DNA of 64,000 nt from Pristiophorus japonicus (lineage: Eukaryota). A program made the translations under genes and the position numbers. Where the stretch lies: the NCBI RefSeq assembly GCF_044704955.1, contig NW_027251843.1, positions 806,001-870,000 on the forward strand, given 5' to 3'. The notes beneath the pieces are model-generated. The model saw nothing but the letters and a program-made list of their open reading frames with translations. It was not told the DNA's origin and ran no database searches. Of this stretch, positions 1-11,039 are shown in pieces (position 1 is the first letter of the stretch; every line of letters starts with the position of its first letter).

Positions 1-1467
1 CATTGATCGCCCATTGATCATCCATTTATCGACCATTAATCGCCCATTGATCGCCCATTTATCACCCAGTTATCGCCCATTGATCGCCCATTTATCACCC
101 ATTGATCGCCCATTGATCGCCCATTGATCGCCCATTGATCGCCCATTGATCACCCATTTATCGCCCATTGATCGCCCATTGATTGTCAATTTATCGCCCA
201 TTGATCACCCAGTTATCGCCCATTTATCGCCCATTGATCGCCCATTGATTGTCCATTTATCGCCCATTGATCGCCCAGTTATCGCCCATTGATCGCCCAT
301 TGATTGTCCATTGATCGCCCATTGATCGCCCATTTATCACCCAGTTATCACCCATTGATCGTCCATTTATCGCCCATTGATCACCCATTGATCGCCCATT
401 GATTGCCCATTTATCAGCCAGTTATCACCCATTGATCGTCCATTTATCGACCTTTAATCGCCCATTGATCGCCCATTTATCGACCATTAATCACCCATTG
501 ATCGTCCATTTATCGACCATTGATCACCCATTGATCGCCCATTTATCGCCCATTGATCACCCATTGATCGCCCATTTATCGCCCATTGATCGCCCATTGA
601 TCGCCCATTGATCACCCATTTATCGCCCATTGATCGCCCATTGATTGCCCATTGATCGCCCATTGATTGCCCATTGATCACCCATTGATCGCCCATTGAT
701 CGCCCATTGATCACCGATTTATCACCCATTGATCGCCCATTTATCGCCCATTAATCACCCATTTATCGCCAATTGATCACCCATTGATCGCCCATTTATC
801 GCCCATTGATCGCCCATTGATTGCCCATTTATCGGCCATTGATCACCCATTGATCACCCATTTATCACCCATTGATCACCCATTGATCGCCCATTAATCG
901 CCCATTGATCACCCATTGATCACACATTGATCACCCATTGATATCCCATTAATCGCCCATTTATCGCCCATTGATCGCCCATTTATCAACCATTAATCGC
1001 CCATTGATCGCCCATTTATCGACCATTAATCGCCCATTCATTGCCCATTGATCGCTCATTTATCGCCGATTGATCTCCCATTAATCGCCCATTGATCGCC
1101 CATTTATCGCCCATTGATCACCCATTTATCGCCAATTGATCACCCATTGATTGCCCATTTATCGCCCATTGATCGCCCATTTATCGCCCATTGATTGCCC
1201 ATTGATCACCCATTTATCGCCCATTGATCACCCATTGATCGCCCATTTATCGCCCATTGATCGCCCATTGATCACCCATTTATCGCCCATTGATCGCCCA
1301 TTGATCGCCCATTTATTGCCCATTAATCGCCCATTGATCGCCCATTAATCGCCCATTGATCGCCCATTAATCACCCATTGATCACCCATTTATCGCCCAT
1401 TGATCGCCCATTTATCGGCCATTAATCGCCCATTAATCGCCCATTTATCAACCATTAATCGCCCATA
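1..1467. repeat. Tandem satellite of an ~11-bp unit (ATCGCCCATTG / ATCGCCCATTT variants)
   Basis: Continuous degenerate repetition from the window start to about 1467. The ORFs over it are repeat translations. Confidence 0.95.
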
Positions 1468-4400
1468 TAAGCGCAAAGATTCAGGCTATCGCGCATATTT
1501 GCTGAAAAGTTGAAACTAGCACCCAATTATCTCCCATTTGTTGCTGGTCCAACTTTTGGCGACATGAATGTGCTGCATCGTCCGGCCTAAATTTTTTTTA
1601 AAATGACATCATCCGCGTGCAAGGCCGAAAATTGGGCTGAAAATGGAAACTTGCGGCAAATTATCGCCCAGAATATCACTGACCGCAACTTTCGGCATTT
1701 CGCCCATACGTCGCCGAAATGATTGCTGGCCAAAAAAGTCGCTGAAGAAAAGCTGCATCACCTGACCTAAAGTCGGCACTAGTCGGCAGTACTCGGCACT
1801 ACGGACATCATCTTGTGACTCGGAGGATCTGTACTGAAAGGCTGCTTCAGGTACTTGTGAGGAGAATCAATTTGTGAATGGTTTTAAGGGTCTTTTTGAC
1901 TCTTGCCAATCATCTAATCACATTTGTATCTGTTGAGGACATATTAAGGGCATTTATAGCAATTTATAGTGTGAGGGCCTGTAATTTCTCAACCAGTATT
2001 GGTCTCTAATCACATGTTGCAGACTACAGATGGGAGAAGGTATATTGAACACATTATGTGCCCAATCAAAGAGATGGCTGACTGCTGAGGAGGAAACATA
2101 GAAACATAGAAAATAGGTGCAGGAGTAGGCCATTCAGCCCTTCGAGCCTGCACCACCATTTAATAAGATCATGGCTGATCATTCCCTCAGTACCCCTTTC
2201 CTGCTTTCTCTCCATACCCCTTGATCCTTTTAGCTGTAAGGGCTATATCTAACTCCCTCTTGAATATATCCAATGAACTGGCATCAACGACTCTCTGCGG
2301 GAGGGAATTTCACAGGTTAACAACTCTCTGAGTGAAGAAGTTCCTCCTCATCTCAGTCCTAAATGGCCTACCCCTTATTCTAAGATTGTGTTCCCTAGTT
2401 CTGGACTTCCCCAACATCGGGAACATTCTATCCACATCTAACCTGTCTCGTCCTGTCAGAATCTTATACGTTTCTATGAGATCCCCTCTCATCTTTCTAA
2501 ACTCCAGTGTATAAAGGCCCAGTTGATCCAGTCTCTCCACATATGTCAGTCCAGCCATCCCTGGAATCAGTCTGGTGAACCTTCGCTGCACTCCCTCAAT
2601 AGCAAGAACATCCTTCCTCAGATTAGCAGACCAAACCGGAACACAATATTCCAGGTGAGGCCTCACCAAGGCCCTGTACAAATGCAGTAAGACCTCCCTG
2701 CTCCTTTACTCAAATCCCCTAGCTATGAAGGCCAACATACCATTTGCCTTCTTCACCGCCTGCAGCACCTGCATGCCAACTTTCAATGACTGATGAACTA
2801 TGACACCCAGGTCTCGTTGCACCTCCCCTTTTCCTAATCTGCCACCATTCAGATAATACTCTGCCCTCGTGTTTTTGTCACCAAAGTGGATAACCTCACA
2901 TTTATCCACATTATACTGCATCTGACTTGCATTTGCCCACTCACCCAACCTGTCCAAATCACCCTGCAGCCTCTTAGCATCCTCCTCACAGCTCACACCA
3001 CCACCCAGTTTAGTGTCATCTGCAAACTTGGAGATATTACACTCAATTCCTTCATCCAAATCATTAATGTATAATGTAAAGAGCTGGGGTCCCAGCACTG
3101 AGCCCTGTGGCACTCCACTAGTCACTGCCTCCCATTCCGAAAAGGACCCATTTATCTCGACTCTATGCTTCCTGTCTGCCAACCAATTCTCTATCCATGC
3201 CAGTACCTTACCCCCAATACCATGCGCTTTGATTTTGCACACCAATCTCTTATGTGGGACCTTGTCAAATGCCTTTTGAAAGTCCAAATATACCACATCC
3301 ACTGGTTCTCCCTTGTCCACTCTACTAGTGACATCCTCAAAAAATTCCAGAAGATTAGTTAAGCATGATTTCCCTTTCACAAATCCATGCTGACTTGGAC
3401 CGATCCTGTCACTGCTCTTCAAATGCGCTGCTATTTCATCATTAAAAATTGACTCCAACATTTTCCCCACTACTGATGTCAGACTAACCAGAGGAGACGT
3501 TATACCCAATGCATATGCACTGATAAGCTATCGTACCTGGCCCTGTCCAATAACACGTGCATTAGGAGGCTATGCTTCCGAAAGGAGGTCATCAGTGAGA
3601 TATGCCAGTTAATTAAGGGAGATCTGCAGCCTACCAACACCATCAGGACCTCACTGCCTGTTGAGGTTAAGGTTACTGCGGCACTTTCCTTCTACGCATT
3701 GGGCTCCTTTCAGGCCTCTGAAGGCGACATTTGCGGTATCTCTCAGCACGTCACACATTGTTGCATTCGACAGGTGACTTTATAAGCTTCCCTATGACCA
3801 GGGAGGCACAGACTGAGAGGGCTTTGGGGTTCTCGAGAATAGCAAACTTCCCCAAGGTGCAGGGAGTAATAGACTGTATGCACATTGCTCTGAGAGCAAC
3901 TTTACAGAATGAAGAGCTGTTTAAAACTGAAAGGGATTCCACTCCCTGAATGTGCAGCTTGTTGTCCACCACAAACAAATAATTCTGGCAGTAAATGCTA
4001 ATTTTCCAGGGAGCATATATGATGTGCATTTCTTGTGTGAGAACACTGTCTCTGACCTGTTTAAGAGTCAGCCACAAGGCCACAGTTGAATGCTGGGGGA
4101 TAAAGGATATGGCCTTGCCAGCTGGCTCATAGCCCCTTGCGTAATCCCCAGAGAGAAGCCGAGAAGCGCTTCAATGAAAGCCATATTGCTACAGGTAATC
4201 ACGCAATATCATCGAAAAGACAATTGGGGTGCTTAAGCAACGCTTCAGATGCCTGGACCATTCAGGTGGCAACCTACAATACCACCCTGAGCAGGTCACT
4301 GAGTTTATTGTGGTGTGATGCATGTTGCATAACCTAGCTATAAGAGGAGGCCAACAATTGCCAGATGTGACCGCCGGTCCACCTCAGGAGAGAGGAGAGG

Positions 4401-5290
4401 CTGAAGAGAAGGACGAGGAGGAGGAGGACGACGACCTCGGGGAGGACAATCAGCCTGGCAATGAACCCATGCCCCCACGCCGCCCCCCACAACACTGGAA
4501 AAGCCCCGTGGAAGTTACACAGCTGCAAACCTCTTGTGTCAGCAGCTAATAAATGAACATTTTGCGTGAACTTATATTGGTGACAGTTACAGTTGTGTTA
4601 CGTTTCATCCTTGCCTGAGCTGGCCTGGCCATTGTTCCCAACCATTGTACTGATGTGTTACCTTATGTTATAAGAAGACACTTCAGGACAAATGTAAAGT
4701 TAAATTAATGTGTTTAATAATTAAAGAAGAATGTGAAAATGTTTTGTACAAGCATATATAACCCTACCACCTCAACCCCGAAGAGTCAACATTTGTAACG
4801 TACAATAACATAACACCCTCCCACCATCCCCAACTGTGAACATTCAACAAAAAATTATTTTTAACAAGAACTAAGGACTATATTGCACCACCCCTCCCCC
4901 TCCCTACCTGCGGCCATGCTTCCCTCCTGCATCTTGACACCCCCTTGTAGTAACACCCCATTTAACTCCCCGGGTAATGGGACCAAGACGTCTTGCAGCA
5001 GGGGATCTCAAGGCCTGCTGCTGTTGGGGGGGGGAGGGGAGTCGGCAGAATCTCCTCAGTGATTGGAGGAGAAGACGTTTCCGACGTCAGAAGAAAGATC
5101 TTCCACAGTCTCGCATCTGTCCTGGTGCTTGGTTGAACATTATTGTCCCCGTGGGGAGGTGGCGGGGGGGGCATACCATTATTGCTTTTGTCCTGGGCGG
5201 GAGGGGGCATACCATTATTGTCCCTGGTGGGGGGGGGGTGGTTAGTAGAGAGGGACAGGTGAGGAATGGTAGCACCAGTGTTCTGGCCAT
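1468..5290 (+). mobile_element. Decayed PIF/Harbinger DNA transposon: HARBI1-like DDE transposase remnant (about 1975-4560) split by a CR1 insertion, plus the probable convergent 3' end of its second ORF
   Basis: Frameshifted peptides FSRIANFPKVQGVIDCMHIALRA, LGDKGY, EKRFNESHIAT, KQRFRCLDHSGG, CMLHNLAIR and an acidic tail match Harbinger transposases. AATAAA at about 4548. Confidence 0.8.
2094..3490 (-). mobile_element. 5'-truncated CR1 LINE (RT and 3' UTR) inserted into the Harbinger transposase
   Basis: ORFs 2706-3509 and 2310-2681 carry the CR1 RT motifs [23 protein letters not shown] and FADD. Short-repeat tail near 2095. GAGGAG occurs on both flanks as a candidate TSD. Confidence 0.92.
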
Positions 5291-5895
5291 TTCTATCAAC
5301 AATACTTTAAACCCTTAAATCCAAATCCCCAAGAAAGAACTGTACTATTTGGCGAGCTTGTGGGGGTGGCATTGAGGTGCATTCATATATAACCGGACAT
5401 TTCACACTGACAGGCTGGGTGGCAGGGAACCCAGGCCCATTGATGTCATCACCATCTAAAGTGATTCCTGGGAACAATACCCCGAGAGGTAACTCAGAAA
5501 CACTGTGCCTTCGCATTATTAAAGCACAGTCACGACTCAGTCCCAACCCAAACTGGTGCAAGGCAGGAAATGGCCGGTCCATTGTCTTCCAGGAGATAAG
5601 CCGGTTAAGCAAGATCGGTTTGTGATCGAAACCCATGACCTGCTAATGGGAGCCATCAACTCAGGAAACGACAGACATCCAGTAATCAGCACCCATTGTC
5701 TCTCCAGATGCAAGGCCTGGGAGCGGGAAAACAAAATTTAATTTTTCACAAAGATTTCAAAGGCTACGAGGGGTGGGGAGGTTGTCCAAACAGATCACCG
5801 GAGTCAATCCATCGGTCAGTATTGGCGGGAGGAATGATCATGGGAGAAAAGGAGCCACTTTGCATAAGCTCCAACTCAGGAGGAAGAAAGTTCTG

Positions 5896-6015
5896 GAAAA
5901 ATCCCAGGAAAAATCCCAGGAAAAAGCTCAGGAAAAAGCCCAGGAAAAAGTTCAGGAGAAAGTCCAGGAAAAAGCTCAGGAAAAAGCCCAGAAAAAAGCA
6001 CAGGAAAAAGCCTGG
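5896..6015 (+). repeat. 12-bp tandem repeat (CAGGAAAAAGCC-like, about 10 copies)
   Basis: Directly visible; translates as (QEKA/QEKV)n. Confidence 0.85.
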
Positions 6016-6124
6016 GAGCGAAACGTTCAGGAAGAAGCTGCAAGCAAGACAACGGGCAATCAGGGTGAGCATATTGCCTGCGCCTACACATCCACAAGAC
6101 CACTTAGCTGTGTGAGGGGGTGAT

Positions 6125-6370
6125 TGTAAGTCCCAACCAAACCCAAGGGCTTTAGTGCTGGGGGAGGTCCTGTGTTAGTTTATTTCACGGTAAGGTTCTT
6201 TTATTAAGCGTGGTAACTTCGCACGGCAGGGCTTATTGGACAAGCCAGGATTGTACTGTTTTGCACTGTTTATGAGTGGTGTTGTTAATCTTATTAAACA
6301 CAATACGGTTGAGACCGAAAAGCATGTGTGTCCGAGTCTGATCTATCCATATCGTCCAGAACTTGTAACA
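6125..6370 (+). mobile_element. Possible short LTR, preceded by unassigned internal sequence (about 5290-6120)
   Basis: Purine tract GAGGGGG just before TGTAAG..., ATTAAA near 6293, ends ...TGTAACA. No partner LTR seen. Confidence 0.35.
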
Positions 6371-6414
6371 GGAGGTGCGTTTTCGGTACACCCGAGAAAA
6401 CCACCTACAGGCAC

Positions 6415-6690
6415 CCCCTCAGCATTACCTCTCCCACTGCGTGGCACTCCCTCAGTCCTCCCCCTCAGACAGTGCAACACTCCCTAAGTACTGCCCCTCA
6501 AACAGTGCAGCACTCCCTCAGTACTGCCCCTCCAACAGTGCAGCACTCCTTCAGTACTGCCTCTCCGACAGTGCAGCACTCCCTCAATACTGCCCCTGAC
6601 AGTGCAGCACTCCCTCAGGACTGCACAGTAGCGTATGTCTTTCTTTTACACTCAGGTCCCTGGAGTGGGGCTTGAACCCACGATACAACA
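6415..6690. repeat. ~33-bp minisatellite (CCTCCGACAGTGCAGCACTCCCTCAGTACTGCC) derived from the Deu-type SINE core
   Basis: About 6 tandem units. The same unit occurs at 62848-62975 and once in the SINE near 10270. Confidence 0.8.
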
Positions 6691-7159
6691 TTGCATCACT
6701 GGATGCCGCACAGTCTGAGCTGTGAGTCATATCCCGACCTCAGTTGGAACAGCTAACTCAGAACAAACAACAACAGCAACTTTTATACAGCACCTTTAAC
6801 ACAGTAAAACTCCCCGAGCGCTTCACAGGAGCGTTATAGAATAAAGATTGACAGCGAGCCACGTAAGGAAACATTGAAAATTGCAGCTCAGTCAAATTGT
6901 GAGGGAAATTGGCAGTGCTGTCTTCATACCAAAAGGGGGCGATGTTGGTTCTGAAAAGACCACATTTTTTGACAATTTCTGTGAAACTCAATTGATTGGT
7001 TTGTAAAACCCGTTTGTACCAAACCTCCAGTCAGGTTTGCAGAATCATCTCTAGTTCCCCACGTGGCAGGGTTCTCGTATTGGACTGTTCGGCCACCTAA
7101 GGACTCATTTTAAGAGTGGAAGCAAGTCTTCCTCTATTCCGAGGGACTGCCTATGACGA

Positions 7160-7505
7160 AGGATGGGAAAGCAAATTGTGAGGAACAGAAAATGGACAAA
7201 GGGATATAGACAGGCGAAGTGAGTGGGCAAAACGTTGGTAGATGGAGTATAATGTGGGAAAATGTGAGGTTATACACTTTGGCAGAAAGAATAGAAAAGC
7301 AAATTATTTTTTAAAGGGAGAAAAATTGCAAACTGCTGCAGTACAGAGGGACCTGGGTGTCCTGGTGCATGAAACACAAAAAGTTAGTATGCAGGTACAG
7401 CAACTGATCAGGAAGGCCAATCGAATGTTGGCCTTTATTGCAAGGGGGATGGAGTATAAAAGCAGGGAAGTCCTGCTACATCTGTACAGGGTATTGGTGA
7501 GGCAC
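7160..7505 (+). mobile_element. CR1 LINE RT fragment
   Basis: MEYNVGKCEVIHFGRKN...LYRVLVR peptide. Confidence 0.85.
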
Positions 7506-7741
7506 TCTGAGAACCCCCCCCGATCACCCTGGTCCCCACCGTTCCACACAAGGTCAGCCCTCGATCACCCCCCCGGTCTCCCATCCCCCCACCCCACACT
7601 CCAGTCCCCTAACGACCCCCAACCCCCACAGGAGCTGGAGCATCATCGCGGCGCTCTCCTCAGGCCGCCATGACAGTACTGTAACAGTCACACACACACA
7701 CCTACAGGCGGTGCTGGGTAAGCCACACGAACACGAATACA

Positions 7742-8195
7742 GGGGCTTGCTCCGTCCACTTCACACATCGGCCTTTTGGCTAAGATCTGCATAACTAACC
7801 TGACCAGCCACCATGACTTCCGGGTGGTTTCTCCCTGGTCAGGAAGGTATATGCTTACATTTTTGTAAACAGGAGGTGGGTGGGATTGGTGACCCATCCA
7901 CCTCCACGGAGGTGTGTGGGGGACCTGACCCATCCACCTCCATGGCACGAACCTGGTATTGCAGTACTTCCAGGAACGGTGCAGTGGCTCTAGGCCTTTT
8001 GGCTAAGAGCATTGGCGCAGAGTGATCCTTGACTGGTGCAGGGTGACCTCTGGCGTTTGACAAAGAATTGTAACGATTGGATAACGATTGGACATGAATA
8101 TAAAAAAAAACTTCACACATCGACCTGGTATTGCAGTGTTTCCAGGAACGCTGCAGCTTCCCCTCTCGGCCTTTTGGCTAAGATCAAGTGTAATA
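7742..8195 (+). pseudogene. RNU2: Three U2 snRNA-derived chimeric units, each a U2 3' segment followed by a U2 5' segment
   Basis: Matches to vertebrate U2: GCTTGCTCCGTCCAC (7745), ACCTGGTATTGCAGTACTTCCAGGAACGGTGCA (7951), TCTCGGCCTTTTGGCTAAGATCAAGTGTA (8164). GGCCTTTTGGCTAAGA occurs three times. The Sm site and central region are absent. Confidence 0.88.
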
Positions 8196-8755
8196 GCGCA
8201 AAGTGATCTTTGGCGCTGGAGTTGATCTGACAAGAATTTTAAAAAAAAAGCCACACTAACACTCAGCGACATGTACACAGTGATACACTGACTGCTCCTC
8301 TCCCTAAACTGAGGCCTCACTCGGTACAGTTTTGTGCTGCTGCCACGAGCCACACGTTAAGGAGAGAGAATGCAACGTTGTGACTGGGGCCTCCTGCCCC
8401 CAGATTGCTCCCAGCAGTCAGCACAGAGTGCACAGTGTGATCCCACCATCGGGGGCTGCCCCAACACCCCCAGTGTGCAGAGTGAGAGCCAATGCTCAGA
8501 CTGGGAGGGTTTAATCCCAGCAGCTTTTAGTGTCTCTGTGTTTAATCCTGTGCACTCCAGGGGTTCGAGGTAAAATTGATCGTTTTAAAATGATTGATAA
8601 TTGGCTTTGAATCAAATCTCCTGCTGACGTGCGATGGATTGACAGCCCACCCAGCCAATCAGGACAGACATTTACTGAAATGCAGCCAATCCAGCTGAGG
8701 GGGAGGTGGGACATTTCCAAAGCACTCGCCAGATACAGACTGAATATTCTTCACG

Positions 8756-8856
8756 TTTATTGTCTTTTACAGATTCACATTTACAGAAACAAGACTTGAA
8801 TAAACAGCCCAGCGAGAGCGAGCTGGAGACATTCACAGGGAGAATGCAGCTTTATT
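8756..8856 (-). terminator. Candidate polyadenylation signals of the light-chain transcript
   Basis: AATAAA on the minus strand at 8761-8756 and 8856-8851, about 570-660 nt 3' of the C stop codon. Confidence 0.55.
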
Positions 8857-9051
8857 AAAACAGTTGTGGGGATTTTCTCCACACCGTGAGAATCCTGTCC
8901 CTTTAAACGGGGACAAAACCTTGAATTGTAACAGCAGGGTGAGCAGGGAGGGGGTCTGCTTACTGAAGCGGCACTTCGCAGTTTAACATTAGTTTTACTC
9001 TGCTGACAGTCTTTAGCATCTTCGAGAGGTTTTACTTGGCAGCACGAGTCA

Positions 9052-9265
9052 ACACTGTCCCATCAAACCCTCCCAGGGCAGGTACAGCACGGGTTAGATA
9101 CAGAGTAAAGCTCCCTCTACACTGTCCCATCAAACCCTCCCAGGGCAGGTACAGCATGGGTTAGATACAGAGTAAAGCTCCCTCTACACTGTCCCATCAA
9201 ACACTCCCAGGGCAGGTACAGCACGGGTTAGATACAGAGTAAAGCTTCCCTGACACTGCCCCAAT
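9052..9265. repeat. ~67-bp tandem repeat (3 copies) in the C-region 3' UTR
   Basis: ACACTGTCCCATCAAACCCTCCCAGGGCAGGTACAGCACGGGTTAGATACAGAGTAAAGCTCCCTCT repeated three times. Confidence 0.85.
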
Positions 9266-9420
9266 AACGTGCCTTGCCCCCTGACCCTCAGATGCTTTCC
9301 CTGACCCAGTACTGAGAAGGAAGAGAGTAGAAATGCAGTGCTGACAGTGACCTTTGCCCTCCCGGCTCACCCCCTGTTCTATTTAAAGTTGTGTCTCCCC
9401 CGCGGACTGTCCCTGACACA

Positions 9421-9749
9421 CTACGCACATTCTGCTCTCCTGACTCCCTTGCTGAGGGGAGAGGAGAGGCTCTCGTGGGTGAGGCTGCAGGAGAAGCTGG
9501 CGTTGGACTCCCAGTCGGAGCCAGAGAGGGTCAGCAGGCTGCTGACACTGTAGGTGTTGTCCGAAGCTCGCAGGTAGTCGCAGGTCTGGACCCCGGCCGA
9601 AATGGTCGCCCCGTCCTTCTTCCACTCCACCTCCACCTCATCGGGGTAGAAGTGATCGGCGAGGCACACCAGGGTGGCAGTGCCCTTGGTCGTGACCTCC
9701 TCTGGGGAGGGGGGCAGCAGGGTCAGCGTGGGTGGTGTCTTCCCTCGGC
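9421..9749 (-). CDS. IGKC: Immunoglobulin light-chain constant exon, kappa-type (shark NS4/type III-like), intact
   Basis: Acceptor ...CTCCCTTTCAG at 9752-9750, then open frame (S)RGKTPPTLTLLPPSPEEVTTKGTATLVCLADHFYPDEVEVEWKKDG...YSVSSLLTLSGSDWESNASFSCSLTHESLSSPLSKGVRRAECA*. C1-set Cys/Trp/Cys and a penultimate interchain Cys are present. Phase matches the J donor. Confidence 0.96.
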
Positions 9750-9785
9750 CTGAAAGGGAGGAGAAGGATGTTTAATAGGTGTATA

Positions 9786-9788
<3 letters not shown>

Positions 9789-9820
<32 letters not shown>
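9789..9820. repeat. (GT)n microsatellite near the C exon acceptor
   Basis: Directly visible. Confidence 0.9.
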
Positions 9821-9821
<1 letters not shown>

Positions 9822-9984
9822 ACTGTGGGTGTCTCTGTATGTGGATAAATCACATCTGATAAGAGAGCTGGGTTAATGAACTCCTGGCTGGTGTTTAATC
9901 ATTAGAGGTGAGCAACACTAATTCTTAATCTTCTTTGCCTCGCTTGATAAATTTACTCTAAATATAAATGCGTTTGATGTTAAG

Positions 9985-10410
9985 GTGGACATCTCAAAGC
10001 GCTTTACAGCCAATGAAGTACTTTTGGAGTGTGGTCACTGTTGTAATGTGGGAAACACGGCATCCAATCTGTGCACAGCTAGCTCCAACAAACAGCGATG
10101 TGATAACGACCTGATAATCTGTTCTTTTGTCATGTTGGTTGAGGGATAAATATTGACCAGGACACCGGGGAGAACTCCCCTGCTCTTCTTCGAAATAGTG
10201 GCATGAGATCTATTATATCCACCTGAGAGGGCAGACGGGGCCTCGGTTTAACGACTCATCCAAAAGACGGCACCTCCGACAGTGCAATGCTCCATCAGCA
10301 CTTCACTGCAGTGTCACCCTAGATTTTTGTGCTAAAGTCCCTGAATTGAGATTTGAACCCACAACCTTCTGACTCAGAGGCGAGAGTGCAACGCACTGAG
10401 CCACAGCTGA
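9985..10410 (-). mobile_element. tRNA-derived Deu-type SINE (SacSINE1/AmnSINE-like)
   Basis: tRNA-like head on the minus strand (TCAGCTGTGGCTCAGT...GGTTCAAAT) and the central GGGCCTCGGTTTAAC...AAAGACGGCACCTCCGACAGTGC core. Confidence 0.7.
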
Positions 10411-11039
10411 TACTCAAAATCATATTGGACTGTTGTATAAACATCTGCAGTGCAGGGTTGGCACACATTCAGCACTGAAATGGTTAACAGTAAGAGTCGG
10501 TAAAGACTGAGTGTCCCATTAAGACGCTGTTCACTGGCAGGAAGCTCGAACTGTGGATGGGTGGATACAGGGGAAACAGGCTCAGCAGTGAGAAAGCTCA
10601 GATCACACACAGATCGGGAGAACTTTATCCGGGAACATTGCGGCTCACTAGTATAAACACACTTCAGCAAGGCTTCATGTTGGGTGTCGGTGTAGAAGCT
10701 TCGCGATTACATTTAAAAGCTTGCTGCCCAGAGTTCAAAGGTGAGGCTACAATCAGCCTCAGTGTACCGGGGTCAGGCAAGGTCACTGCTCCCAATGATC
10801 CCGTGACCTCCTGGAAGGTCAGAGTGCGCGGACAATGGGAGAGGGTCAGGATGAGGGCCCTCCCACTTCAATGGAAGAAAGCCTTGAATTTATATAGCGC
10901 TTTTCACAACCTTAGGACATCCCAAGGTGCTTTACAACCAATTGCACACAGAAAGAAGTTGCCTGGACTGGAAAATTTTAGCTATGAGGAAAGATGAGGA
11001 AAGATGGGGTGAAAAAATTATGGCCTGATTGATGTAGGC

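Noticed and set aside
1-1467. CRISPR-like array, or the ORFs at 399-729 and 1151-1348
   Set aside because: Pure tandem satellite with no unique spacers, in eukaryotic DNA; the ORFs are repeat translations.
5537-5734. Fibronectin type III-like peptide (LTGLSPGRQ)
   Set aside because: Short match only; no other FN3 consensus residues or exon boundaries.
7742-8195. Functional U2 snRNA gene
   Set aside because: No collinear ~190-nt copy; the Sm site and central stem-loops are missing and the order is permuted.
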